DNA of 64,000 bases from an uncultured Chthonomonadaceae bacterium. GTDB lineage: Bacteria; Armatimonadota; Chthonomonadetes; Chthonomonadales; Chthonomonadaceae. Location of the stretch: the NCBI GenBank assembly GCA_963817895.1, contig CAWFQB010000006.1:192001-256000 (forward strand), written 5' to 3'. The notes under the pieces are model-generated. The model had not been told where the DNA came from. It did no database searches and was given only the letters and a program-made list of their open reading frames with translations. Each line of letters starts with the position of its first letter. Within the stretch, counting starts at the first letter, position 1. The position numbers were made by a program, and so were the translations under genes. This document shows, piece after piece, positions 34,641 to 44,546 of this stretch.

Positions 34641-34679
34641 GGGCCGATGGAGATTCGATCACTCCATCGGCTCTTTTTT
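34641..34679 (+). terminator. Rho-independent terminator
   Basis: gggccgatggag-loop-ctccatcggctc followed by T6. Confidence 0.85.
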
Positions 34680-34687
34680 GTGTCAGA

Positions 34688-35824
34688 TTAGGCGGTATGG
34701 CGCAAGCCAAACCGAATTTCTCCGCGCCATGTTTCGCCGGGGGGCAGGGCAATCAATCCGGCGTCTATCCCCTGCGCCTGTAGGTTGACCGCATTGGTAG
34801 GACAGGTGTAGGGTTCCAGCGCGATAATGGGCGAATCTAAGGGCGCGTACAAAACCCATTCGCGGAACGACTTATCGGCGGCAAGGACCATTTCCAGCCC
34901 GCTTTCCGGGTCGCGCAGGCCGCCCTCGCTCCAGCCGTCACCTCCGTGCTGCACACCCGTAAACACGTCGTCGAAGAAATGACCGGACAGGGGCGCGAAT
35001 TGGCGCAGGTCGAACTGTTCCCCGGCCTGCGACACGGGCAGAATATTGCCGGTCGGCATCAGTTTGTCCAGTTCCCAGATAGCTTCGGCGGGAACGTGTA
35101 CCAGAGATTTGGCGCGTTGTTCCATCGTGACATCGGCAAGGCCGGCAGGCAGGGTTACGCCCGGACGCAGGCTTGTGGGAAACCAGGGATGAATTCCAAA
35201 GCCCATCGGCATGGTTTTCTGCCCTTCAGTTCCGTCATTAGTGACGGCAATCTGCATGATGAGTACGCCATTTTGAAGCAGGTATCGGACTTCCAGGGTA
35301 CAGGGGAACGGGTACTGTTCCACAATGTCAGGAAAATCATGCAGCTGAATGGCGCAGCGCAGGTTCGCGCCCATTTGCAGTTTACCGTCGTCCTCGTCCC
35401 GCACCGTCGCTTCCGTGACGCCCCAGGGCTTGTCGCCGACAAGTCCGTGAAGCGCCTGCCCCGCGCCCTTATCCCAATTCCGCGCCATCAGACTGTCCAT
35501 GCGGTACGTCTGATTCTCAAACGTGTATACGCCGTCGCGCACCCGGTTGGGAAACGGGAACAGAATGGGATTGCCGCCCGTAAACGGCACTTGCTTCAAC
35601 CCCGGAATGTCGGCGGGGGGAACAAACACGTCTACGACATCGGAAGCGTTGCGGTCTTTTCCGCTTTGCTCTGTCTCATCATTTTCATCAGGCGTGGTTC
35701 GGAACTCTACGCAATTGCAGCCCAATTCCGGGTAAATCACGGCCTCGGCCAGCCGCTCGTTGTCGCGCAGGATATACGCCTGAAGGCCGTTGCGCGTCTC
35801 CTGATTCCATTCATAACGGGACAT
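34688..35824 (-). CDS. Aldose 1-epimerase family protein
   Basis: GNPILFPFPNRVRDG, LHGLV, PMGFGIHPWF, FDDVF, IALEPYT. Confidence 0.9.
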   Translation of the reverse strand: MSRYEWNQETRNGLQAYILRDNERLAEAVIYPELGCNCVEFRTTPDENDETEQSGKDRNASDVVDVFVPPADIPGLKQVPFTGGNPILFPFPNRVRDGVYTFENQTYRMDSLMARNWDKGAGQALHGLVGDKPWGVTEATVRDEDDGKLQMGANLRCAIQLHDFPDIVEQYPFPCTLEVRYLLQNGVLIMQIAVTNDGTEGQKTMPMGFGIHPWFPTSLRPGVTLPAGLADVTMEQRAKSLVHVPAEAIWELDKLMPTGNILPVSQAGEQFDLRQFAPLSGHFFDDVFTGVQHGGDGWSEGGLRDPESGLEMVLAADKSFREWVLYAPLDSPIIALEPYTCPTNAVNLQAQGIDAGLIALPPGETWRGEIRFGLRHTA

Positions 35825-35836
35825 AGTTGCTCCAAG

Positions 35837-35938
35837 TTGATAGGTGATAGTTGATAGTTCCTGACTGTCAGACTTGCCTGTTAAAATACAGCAAGGTGCG
35901 CAGGCGAGTGCATTGGCTTATCAACTATCAACTATCAA
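35837..35938. repeat. Inverted repeat with TTGATAG / CTATCAA heptamer arms
   Basis: 35837-35859 and 35919-35938; contains the stop codon of the Gfo/Idh/MocA gene. Confidence 0.85.
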
Positions 35939-36914
35939 TTTCCTCTACCCCCCCCGACTGCATGGAGCGCCGGATGGCGTCCAGGGCGCGTTGCTGTTTT
36001 ACGGCGTCGTCCACATCGTAGTCGGGGGGCGTGTTGTCGAGAATACTCTGCGAAAGGTGTTCAAATTCCAGCGTCCATTGATTGACGGGCGGAAAGGTTT
36101 CGCGCTCCTGTCGGCCCTCGATTTCGATGCGCAATTCGCCCTCCTGTCCGGGCAGAAACGCGGCGGGCGCGACAATTTTGCCTTTGGTTCCCACAACCTC
36201 ATAGTCGTTGCGGAAGGGCAGGGCAAAGCCGGTATCGAACAATACGCGGGCATGAGGAAATTCCAGCATCCCGCTTGCCAGCATATCTACGTTAAACTGC
36301 GGGTCGAAATCTCCCGCCGCGTATACGCGGGTCGGTTCGCCGTCCAGCAGAAAACGGGCGGCGGACAGGCAGTAGCAGCCGACATCCATCATGCCGCCGC
36401 CTGCCAGTTGCGGGTCCAGCCGCACATTCTCCTGACGGGCCAATATAAAGGTAAATGACGTTCGTATCAACTTTACCTCGCCCAAAATTCCGTCGCGTAT
36501 CAGTTGGCGGGCGCGGCGGTGCATGGGATGAAAGCGCCACATAAACGCTTCCATGATTTTCACGCCGTGCTGTTTGGCCGCATCCGCAACCTGTATCGCC
36601 TCCGCAAGCGTGTTCGCGAACGGCTTTTCCACAATGCTGTGCTTGCCCGCCTGGGCGCACTTGATAGCCCATTCCGGGTGTAGGCCGTTGGGGAGAGGAT
36701 TATACACGGCTTCGATGTTCGGGTCCGCCAGCAATGCCTCATAGGAGTCGTAGGCGCGCGGGATGCCGAACTCTTCGGAAAAAGCCTGCGCTCTTGACAG
36801 CGTTCGACTGGCAATGCCCGCCAGTTCCACATTGTCGGCCAGCAGCATGGCGGGAATGGCCGTGCTGCGCGCGAACGCCGAGCCGCCCAATACGCCCCAT
36901 TTTACTTTGCGCAT
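35928..36914 (-). CDS. Gfo/Idh/MocA oxidoreductase (xylose dehydrogenase-like)
   Basis: VKWGVLG, AVYNPLPNGLHPEW, GKHSIVEKP, MEAFMWRFHP, GGGMMDVGCY. Confidence 0.92.
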   Translation of the reverse strand: MRKVKWGVLGGSAFARSTAIPAMLLADNVELAGIASRTLSRAQAFSEEFGIPRAYDSYEALLADPNIEAVYNPLPNGLHPEWAIKCAQAGKHSIVEKPFANTLAEAIQVADAAKQHGVKIMEAFMWRFHPMHRRARQLIRDGILGEVKLIRTSFTFILARQENVRLDPQLAGGGMMDVGCYCLSAARFLLDGEPTRVYAAGDFDPQFNVDMLASGMLEFPHARVLFDTGFALPFRNDYEVVGTKGKIVAPAAFLPGQEGELRIEIEGRQERETFPPVNQWTLEFEHLSQSILDNTPPDYDVDDAVKQQRALDAIRRSMQSGGVEEIDS

Positions 36915-36928
36915 TTGTATCTCCGTAG

Positions 36929-37014
36929 GGTTTCAGGGTTTCAGGGTTGTATGTTTTCAGGTGGTTAGGTCATTAACCCTAAAACCATAGAACCCTATTC
37001 ACCTAAAACCCTGA
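36929..37014. repeat. Degenerate inverted repeat with 8-bp periodic arms (GGTTTCAG)
   Basis: gggtttcagggtttcagggtt... and accctaaaaccatagaaccc...cctaaaaccctgac. Confidence 0.6.
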
Positions 37015-37030
37015 CATTTTCCTGCCCAAT

Positions 37031-37865
37031 TTATTTCGCGCCTGCCGCTTTCAGTAACGCGATAATCTTCGGCAGATATTGCCGGGATCGGGCGGGTAGG
37101 CGCGGGTTAGGATGCTGCGCGTACCAGAGGGCGGTTCTGCGTTTTCCGTCTCTAGCGTTCGCATTTATATGGTGATCCAGCAACAACTGAACGGCTTCGT
37201 ATTGCCGGGGGTATAAGACGATGTGAATGAGCGCAGTTTCTCCGGTGCCGTCCGTCGCATTCACATCCGCGCCGTGATCCAGCAGATAGCGCATCATTTT
37301 GGTATCTCCCATCCTTGCGGCCTCTATCAAAGGCAGCCCCCAATTATGCGGTTCGTTTAAGTTGGCCCCGCGCTTCGCCAACAAATCTACAACTGCGACA
37401 TCGCCCGACTTTACCGCAAACACCAGCGGGGGAGCCTGTGTCTCATCTGTAGCGCGAATATCCGCGCCATGCTCGATCAGAGCGCGAATAATGGCAATGT
37501 TGGGGTGGCGATTCACCTGAGCGTTGGCGGAATTCGGCACGGGATGCTCCATGGTGTACAGGGCGGCGAGGAGAGGCGTGGGAGAGCTTTGGTTTGCCCA
37601 AGAGGTTTCCGAGGTAAACCGATGATTCATGTAATCCTCGAATCTGGCGGGCAGGCGGAACCTCGCGCCCGTTGGCATCCGTCCCAGCGCGCAAAAAGGC
37701 GTTGACACGATCCGCGTCGTTGCGCCGAATCGCGTCAAAGATCGTATCGTGATGCAGGGTGGCGATGATGTGGAGGCCCGTTAAAATCGCCACAACAAGG
37801 GCCATGAGAAGAAAGGGACTGAGCAGGGACAGCGTTCCAGAGGAACGGCGTTTGCGCATGGGCAT
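37031..37865 (-). CDS. Ankyrin-repeat protein with N-terminal membrane anchor (frameshift near 37680)
   Basis: LIEHGADI, PPLVFAV, LLDHGADVNATDGTGETAL, LLKAAGAK. Confidence 0.85.
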
Positions 37866-37891
37866 AGCAAAGGCTCCCGATAACTATTCAG

Positions 37892-38143
37892 GCCCTCACC
37901 CCAACCCCTCTCCCAAAAAGGCTTGGGAGAGGGGCTAATTCAAATTGCGAGAAGGGACTGAATATAATAAAAAGAGTGTGGTACGGGAAGGTTCCTGGAA
38001 GGCAAGCCTTGACATTCGGCTTACAACGGTCTACAATCTGAAAAGGTTTACGTTTTTAAGGCAAGCGAGGTTACAATGTTTTCTTCTCTAAAAATAGCCC
38101 TCAACCCCCAACCCCTTCTCCCAAAAAAGCCTGGGAGAAGGGG
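37892..38143. repeat. Two further copies of the CCCTC...CTCCC/GGGAGA palindrome (37892-37935, 38097-38143)
   Basis: gccctcaccccaacccctctcccaaaaaggcttgggagagggg and gccctcaaccccaaccccttctcccaaaaaagcctgggagaagggg. Confidence 0.85.
38009..38037 (+). promoter_or_regulatory. sigma70-like promoter
   Basis: TTGACA-17 bp-TACAAT upstream of the beta-helix gene. Confidence 0.7.
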
Positions 38144-38180
38144 AGTCATCTGTTTTCATGCTTTAAGGCGAACAGAGTAT

Positions 38181-41024
38181 ATGAGGGTTCTCCTGAAATG
38201 GGTGTTGGGTGTTGGGTGTTCGGTGTTGGGGCAGTGCCGCCGGTTGTTGATGGGCTTTCGCGTTGTGATACTTCTGGCCGCGTTGGTGGCGTTGCCGGGA
38301 ATGGCAATGCAGGCAGGCGCGCAGAAGGCCGCGCTGCCGATTACCGACTTTTATGTGGCTCCCGGTGGGGATGATACCTGGTCGGGTACGCTCAACGCGC
38401 CCAATGCCGCTAAATCCGATGGGCCGTTCGCGACGGTTGATCGGGCGCGGCAGGCCGTGCAGCGGTTGAGGCGTTCGGGCGGGCATGTCGGCGCGTTTAC
38501 GGTCGTTATCCGGGGCGGAACCTACTTCCTGCGTCAACCCCTGCTGTTCACGGCAGAGGATACGGGGATGCAGGACAGTCCCGTTGTGTATCAGGCCGCG
38601 CCGGGGGAACAGGTGACGCTCAGTGGCGGCGTTCGGGTCGATGGCTGGAAGCAAAACACAAAAGGCGCGTGGACGACAACGGTTGCCGATGTGCAGCGTG
38701 GGCAATGGGCGTTTACGCAACTGTGGGCGAACGATGCGCGGCGGATGCGCCCCCGCCTGCCCAAAAATACCTACTATTCCATTGACGGCTCGCTGTCGCC
38801 CTCGCCACGCGCCGAAGGCAAGGGTTTTGACCGTTTCAAATTCAAGCCGGGTGAGATCAAGTCAACATGGAGTAATCTGCGTGACGTGGAGGCCCTGTGC
38901 TTTCAAACGTGGACGATGGCGCGACTGCGGCTTGACGGCGTGGACGAGGCAAAGAATATCGTCACCCTGCTGGACAACACGCGGGGATTGGAAGCCTATT
39001 CCGGTCTTCCTAAAGGCAACCGCTACATTCTGGAAAACGTAAAGGAAGCCTTGACCGAACCCGGCGAATGGTATCTGGATCGTCCGACCGGCGTGTTGAC
39101 GTATCTGCCCCTTCCGGGTGAAACGCCGGATAAAACAATCCTGATTGCGCCGCAACTCAGTCAACTGGTTCAGATTGTGGGCAACAAGGATAGTTTTGTT
39201 CAGTATGTGACGTTCCGCAACATCGGTTTCGCGCACACGAATTGGAACCTGCCCCCGGATGGCAAAGGATTCGCGCAGGCCGAAGTGAACGTTGACGCGG
39301 CTGTTTCGCTGATTGGAGCGCGGAACTGCGCGTTTGAAAACTGCCGCGTGGAGCATACGGGCAATTATGCGTTCGAGTTGGGCAAGGGCTGCAAGTACAA
39401 TCGTATCGAGAACTGCATCCTGTCCGATCTGGGCGCGGGCGGCGTGAAAATCGGCGAACAGGGCATTGAGCGCGACATCAACCTGCTCACTTCCGACAAT
39501 ATTGTCCGCAACTGCCTGATCGCGCAGGGCGGGCGCGTCCATCCCGCAGCGGTGGGCGTGTGGATCGGACATTCGCCGTTCAATCAAATCGAACACAACG
39601 CGATTGTGGATTTCTATTATACGGCAATTTCGCTCGGCTGGTCGTGGGGGTACGGGCCAAGCGCGTGTCACGACAACCACATCAGCGACAACCGTATCGC
39701 GCAAATCGGGCAGGGCGTCCTTTCCGACATGGGCGGTATCTACACGCTGGGCCTGAATTCCGGCACGGTTCTGGAGCGCAACGTTATCAGCGACGTTCAA
39801 TCGTTCGATTACGGCGGCTGGGGAATCTATTTCGATGAGGGTACGTCCGACATTACCGCCCGCGACAACATCGTATATCGGACCAAAACGGGCGGGCTGC
39901 ATCAGCACTACGGGCAGAACAACCACGTCATCAACAACATATTCGCCTTTTCCGATCAAGCGCAACTGATACGGTCGCGCCCGGAAGACCATCTTTCGTT
40001 CACGATTGAACACAACATCATCTACGACAATCAGCCGTCCGTACTCGGTTCCAACTGGTCGAGCAACGGCAAGAACTTTGCGCTGGATTACAACGATTAC
40101 TGGAATACGGGTGGCGGCACTCCCGTTTTTGCGGGCAAAACATTTGCCGAGTGGCAGCAGTCGGGGCAGGATGTTCATTCGCAGGTTGCCGACCCGCAGT
40201 TTGTCAGTCCTGAAACGGGCGACTTCCGCCTGAAACCCGGTACCCCGGCGGAAAAAATCGGTTTCAAGCCGATTGACGTGTCGCAGGTCGGCCCGCAGCC
40301 GGAAATCAACCCGGCAGGAACATCAGACGGCGGCAACAATGCGGTCGTCATACAGGCGCGGCAGGCCGTTCAGCAGGCGCAGGGGCCGGTTCCCGCTGCT
40401 CTGCGCGCGTTTCCACCGCCCCCACCGCCCGCGCCGCCTTCTCCCATTGCGGACGGTTTCGAGGAGGGCAAACCCGGCGACAAAGCCTCCGACGCGACCA
40501 CAAGCGAGGAGAACGCGACAGCAACCATTCGCGTCACAAACGAAACCGCGCATACCGGCAAGCAGAGTCTCAAATTCGTGGACGCGCCCGGCCAAAAATT
40601 CGGCTACAATCCGCATCTGTTTTACAGCCCGAACTATATGCAGGGAATGACAACGACGTCCTTTGCCCTGCGCATCGAGCCGGGATTTTTGCTCACGCAC
40701 GAGTGGCGCGACAATGCCAACCCGTACCATGTCGGGCCAAGTCTGCGCATTGACGGGCAGGGCAATCTCACGGCAAACGGGCAAAAAGTCGCCACGCTGC
40801 CGCCCGGTCAATGGGTGACTTTCGACATCACCTGTGGACTTGGCGACAAAGCGAACGGCAAGTACGACCTGACCGTTCACCTGCCCAATCAAACCGCGCC
40901 CATTCATCTCGCCAATCTGCCGTGCAGCCCCGAATTCCGAAGTTTAACCTGGTTCGGCTTCAGCGCGGAGGGAACGCAAGCCGCTGTCGGGTATCTGGAT
41001 GATCTGGCGTTGAGCGTCCGGTAG
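38181..41024 (+). CDS. Secreted right-handed parallel beta-helix protein (GH141-like)
   Basis: FYVAPGGDD..SG...DGPFAT, IRGGTYFL, ENVKEALTEPGEWYLD, LSDMGGIYTLG, GWGIYFDEG, DPQFV...GDFRL. Confidence 0.85.
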   Translation: MRVLLKWVLGVGCSVLGQCRRLLMGFRVVILLAALVALPGMAMQAGAQKAALPITDFYVAPGGDDTWSGTLNAPNAAKSDGPFATVDRARQAVQRLRRSGGHVGAFTVVIRGGTYFLRQPLLFTAEDTGMQDSPVVYQAAPGEQVTLSGGVRVDGWKQNTKGAWTTTVADVQRGQWAFTQLWANDARRMRPRLPKNTYYSIDGSLSPSPRAEGKGFDRFKFKPGEIKSTWSNLRDVEALCFQTWTMARLRLDGVDEAKNIVTLLDNTRGLEAYSGLPKGNRYILENVKEALTEPGEWYLDRPTGVLTYLPLPGETPDKTILIAPQLSQLVQIVGNKDSFVQYVTFRNIGFAHTNWNLPPDGKGFAQAEVNVDAAVSLIGARNCAFENCRVEHTGNYAFELGKGCKYNRIENCILSDLGAGGVKIGEQGIERDINLLTSDNIVRNCLIAQGGRVHPAAVGVWIGHSPFNQIEHNAIVDFYYTAISLGWSWGYGPSACHDNHISDNRIAQIGQGVLSDMGGIYTLGLNSGTVLERNVISDVQSFDYGGWGIYFDEGTSDITARDNIVYRTKTGGLHQHYGQNNHVINNIFAFSDQAQLIRSRPEDHLSFTIEHNIIYDNQPSVLGSNWSSNGKNFALDYNDYWNTGGGTPVFAGKTFAEWQQSGQDVHSQVADPQFVSPETGDFRLKPGTPAEKIGFKPIDVSQVGPQPEINPAGTSDGGNNAVVIQARQAVQQAQGPVPAALRAFPPPPPPAPPSPIADGFEEGKPGDKASDATTSEENATATIRVTNETAHTGKQSLKFVDAPGQKFGYNPHLFYSPNYMQGMTTTSFALRIEPGFLLTHEWRDNANPYHVGPSLRIDGQGNLTANGQKVATLPPGQWVTFDITCGLGDKANGKYDLTVHLPNQTAPIHLANLPCSPEFRSLTWFGFSAEGTQAAVGYLDDLALSVR

Positions 41025-41061
41025 TAAAAACTTCTTCAGGCAAATAACGGTGGTGGGAACG

Positions 41062-41627
41062 ATGATGACTTTAGAGGAACTCATTCCGGCTTGGCGGAAA
41101 TGGGGAAGCCGTATGGTTCGCATCCGCAAGAGTGTGCTGAAAAACATCCACCTGCCGGAAAAGACAAAGCAGTTTCTCAATCAGGCGGGACTTCCAAAGT
41201 GATGGGCTACAGCGACACAATGCCCACTCTCCCGCGTTTGACGGAACTCGGCTCCGAAACCGGGCCACTTCCGCCTTCCTTTGCGCGTTATCGCGTCTTT
41301 GTAGAAGACGGATGTCTCATGTACCTTTGTCTTGATGAGGAGGAGAATGGACAGGTGGTTGCGGTCATCGCGAATCCTGAAAGAGAGAAGGAAGTCTTCT
41401 TTTTTCATTCGTCCATCCTACATTTTGCGGAGTGCTGTATCGCGGCGTCGGAGCTATGGGACAGGGAGATGGAGCAAGATTATGCCGGAGATATAAAGGA
41501 GACATGGCGCAATATAATAGCCAAATACGAACAAGTAGGACGTGAGATTGACCCGCCGGCACTGACGAATGACAGGACCTGGTACGCTCGCAAAGTGAGC
41601 AATCTGAAAGAAGAATGGTTAAGCTAA
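41062..41627 (+). CDS. SUKH-4-like immunity protein, paralog 1 (frameshift near 41195)
   Basis: MMTLEELIPAWRKWG...LPEKTKQFLNQAGLP, then LCLDEEENGQVV...FFHSSILHFAEC...EIDPPAL...TWY. Confidence 0.7.
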
Positions 41628-41661
41628 ACCTCGCAAAGCACCATGCCGGAAGGAAACAACC

Positions 41662-42228
41662 ATGACTTTAGAGGAACTCATCCCAGGATGGCGGAAATGG
41701 GGAAAGCAGCAATGGAGCGGCGATTGGATTCGCATCCGCAAGAGTGTACTGGCGAAAACGAACCTGCCGGAAGAAACAAAGCACTTTCTAAATCAGGTGG
41801 GGCTTCCTGATATGATTGCCTACAGCCTGATAAGGCGTACTCTCCCACCTTTGATGGAATTTGTTTCCGAAATAAAACCGCTTCCGGCCTCCTTCGCGCG
41901 CTATCGCGTACTTATGGAAGTAGGCGGTTCCATGTTCTTATGCTTTGACGAGAAAGAAAATGGACAAATGGTTGTGGTCATGGCCGATCCTGAATATGAA
42001 AGCGTCGTGTTCTTTGCCAATTCGTCTATACAGCATTTTGCAGAATGTTGTGTCGCAGTAGACAAAATAGGGGACGAGGAGATAGAACAGAGTCATGCCG
42101 GATACCCGTCTCCTGAATGGGTTGCCAGATATGAGCAGGTGCTTCTTAATATTGATCCGCCTATGTTGGTGGATGACACAACTTGGTCCGCTCGCCGCAT
42201 AAAAAACTTGAAAGAAGGTGTGTGGTAG
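41662..42228 (+). CDS. SUKH-4-like immunity protein, paralog 2
   Basis: LPEETKHFLNQVGLP, LCFDEKENGQM, FANSSIQHFAEC, IDPPML...TW. Confidence 0.75.
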   Translation: MTLEELIPGWRKWGKQQWSGDWIRIRKSVLAKTNLPEETKHFLNQVGLPDMIAYSLIRRTLPPLMEFVSEIKPLPASFARYRVLMEVGGSMFLCFDEKENGQMVVVMADPEYESVVFFANSSIQHFAECCVAVDKIGDEEIEQSHAGYPSPEWVARYEQVLLNIDPPMLVDDTTWSARRIKNLKEGVW

Positions 42229-42229
42229 T

Positions 42230-43291
42230 ATGAAAGAAATGATGCAGGCGGCGGTTTATCGCGGCGTTAATGATATGCGGGTGGAAGCGGTTGCCGTGCC
42301 GGAAATCGGAGCGGGAGAAGTGTTGATTCGGGTCGGCGTGTGCGGCGTGTGCGGCACGGACTTGAAGAAAATCCACTTCGGGCTTGTGCCGCCGCCGCGT
42401 ATTTTTGGACACGAAACGGCGGGAACCATTGCGGCAGTGGGCGCGGGCGTGGCTGATTGGAGGGTGGGGGAACGGGTTGTCGCGCATCACCATGTTCCCT
42501 GCCTGCGCGACGACTGTTTTTACTGTCAGCGGCGCGTATTCGCGCAATGCCCCACTTACAAGCGCACGGGAATCACAGCAGGATTTGAACCCTCCGGCGG
42601 CGGGTTTGCCGAGTATGTTCGCGTGATGGACTGGTGCGCGGCGCGGGGCATGGTACGGATTCCCGATGATGTAACGCTGGAAGAGGCCAGTTTTGTCGAA
42701 CCGCTCAATACGTGCATGAAGGGCGTACAGATGGCGGACATTCGGGCGGGCGATACCGTCTGGATAATAGGGCAGGGGCCGATTGGACTGCTGTTCACGC
42801 AACTGGCGTCACGGGCGGGAGCGCGGGTTTTAGCCACCGATCATTTTCCTTTTAGACGCGACAAAGCGCGGCAAATGGGCGCGACGGCAGCATTGGAACC
42901 GGACAGCAGAGAGATCGAAGCCACAATAAAAGAGCTTTCCGAAGGGCGTGGGGCTGATCTGGTAATCGTAGCCGTGCCGACAACAAAAATTGTACAGCAG
43001 GCATTCGCCCTATTGCGTCCCGGCGGCAAAACCCTGCTGTTCGCGCATACCCGCCTGAACGACCTGATGGAAGTGGACGCGGGCGCGATCTGTATGCAGG
43101 AAAAAACTCTGCTCGGTTCCTACAGCAGCGACATTCTGTTTCAGGACGAGGCCGCAAGATTAATTTTTGAGCGCGAAATCAATGTTCGCGCTTTAATCTC
43201 ACACCGCTTTGCTCTCGACGCGATTAGTGAAGCCATAAACCTTGCTTCTCATCCACAGGAAACTTCATTGAAAGTAATTGTGAACTGCTGA
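42230..43291 (+). CDS. Zn-dependent alcohol/polyol dehydrogenase (MDR)
   Basis: CGVCGTD, GHE, structural-Zn cysteines, EPLNT, GQGPIG. Confidence 0.92.
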   Translation: MKEMMQAAVYRGVNDMRVEAVAVPEIGAGEVLIRVGVCGVCGTDLKKIHFGLVPPPRIFGHETAGTIAAVGAGVADWRVGERVVAHHHVPCLRDDCFYCQRRVFAQCPTYKRTGITAGFEPSGGGFAEYVRVMDWCAARGMVRIPDDVTLEEASFVEPLNTCMKGVQMADIRAGDTVWIIGQGPIGLLFTQLASRAGARVLATDHFPFRRDKARQMGATAALEPDSREIEATIKELSEGRGADLVIVAVPTTKIVQQAFALLRPGGKTLLFAHTRLNDLMEVDAGAICMQEKTLLGSYSSDILFQDEAARLIFEREINVRALISHRFALDAISEAINLASHPQETSLKVIVNC

Positions 43292-43293
43292 AA

Positions 43294-43398
43294 TTGTCTT
43301 GAACCATGATTAGGCATGATTTCGATGATTACCATGATTTCAGCACACGCTCCCTCATGGTAATCAAAATAATCATGTCTAATCATGGTTCAAGACAA
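43294..43398. repeat. Inverted repeat with 44-bp, 9-bp-periodic (CATGATT) arms
   Basis: ttgtcttgaaccatgattaggcatgatt... (43294-43337) and ...aatcatgtctaatcatggttcaagacaa (43355-43398). Confidence 0.9.
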
Positions 43399-43419
43399 AC
43401 ACCAACTATAACATTTACC

Positions 43420-44514
43420 ATGAACTCACAACTGTCAACCACCAATCACCAACCACCAACCACCAACACCATGCTTGCGGGTGTTCTGCACGGCAAGGAA
43501 GACGTTCGGGTTGAGCGGGTTGCGCTACCTGACGTGAAAACCGGGGAAGTTCGGGTACGTATCGGGGCCGCGCTAACGTGCGGCACGGATGTCAAAGTCT
43601 ATCGCCGGGGCTATCATGCCCGCATGATTCAGCCGCCCGCTGTTTTTGGACACGAAATGGCGGGTACGATTGACGCGGTAGGGTCTAATGTGGACGGCTG
43701 GCAGACCGGGCAAAGAGTCGTCATTGCCAATTCCGCGCCGTGCGGCGTCTGCTTCTACTGTCGGCGCGACCATACAGAACTGTGTGAAGATTTGCTGTTC
43801 CTCAACGGCGCGTATGCCGAAAGCCTTGTGGTTCCCGCCCGTGTGGTACAGCAAAACATGCTGCCCTTGCCCCACCACGTTGCTTTTGAAGCCGCCGCCT
43901 TTACGGAACCCCTCGCCTGCGTGGTTCGCGGCATGGAAGAGATGCCTGTAGAAGCCGGAGAAACCGTTGTTGTCTTAGGGCTGGGGCCGATTGGATTGGG
44001 ATTTGTCGCGTTGTGCAAACTGGCGGGCGCGCGGGTTCTGGCGGTCGGGCGGCGGGCGGAACGACTTGGATTGGCGGTGGAATTGGGCGCGGACGAGGTT
44101 TTCGACGAGCGCGAAATGACAAACGTAGTTTCCACAATCCGCGCCCGCACGGAAGAGGGGCAGGGGGCGGACAAAGTGATTGAGGCGGTGGGTAATCCGC
44201 AGGCGTGGGAAACCGCCATCGCGATTGCCCGCAAAGCCGCAACCGTCAGTCTGTTCGGCGGCTGTCCTGCCAATACCAGTATCACCGTGGAAACGCACCG
44301 CATCCACTACGATGAATTGACACTGAAAGGCACGTTCAGCCACACGCCCGCCACATTCCGCAAAGCCCTGCAATTAATTGTGGACGGCAGCGTTCCCGCT
44401 CACAAATTTATACAGCAACGCGCGCCGCTGTCGGAATTGCCCGCCGTTCTCGCCTCCCTCGCCAACGGTTCTAACGGCGCAATTAAAACCTGTATTCTGC
44501 CGCCGCAGCCGTGA
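43420..44514 (+). CDS. Zn-dependent alcohol/polyol dehydrogenase (MDR); start 43420 or 43471
   Basis: TCGTD, GHE, CGVCFYC...C, EPLAC, GLGPIG. Confidence 0.92.
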   Translation: MNSQLSTTNHQPPTTNTMLAGVLHGKEDVRVERVALPDVKTGEVRVRIGAALTCGTDVKVYRRGYHARMIQPPAVFGHEMAGTIDAVGSNVDGWQTGQRVVIANSAPCGVCFYCRRDHTELCEDLLFLNGAYAESLVVPARVVQQNMLPLPHHVAFEAAAFTEPLACVVRGMEEMPVEAGETVVVLGLGPIGLGFVALCKLAGARVLAVGRRAERLGLAVELGADEVFDEREMTNVVSTIRARTEEGQGADKVIEAVGNPQAWETAIAIARKAATVSLFGGCPANTSITVETHRIHYDELTLKGTFSHTPATFRKALQLIVDGSVPAHKFIQQRAPLSELPAVLASLANGSNGAIKTCILPPQP

Positions 44515-44546
44515 AACGCTTCTGTCAGGTAAGACGTACAAAGCGC

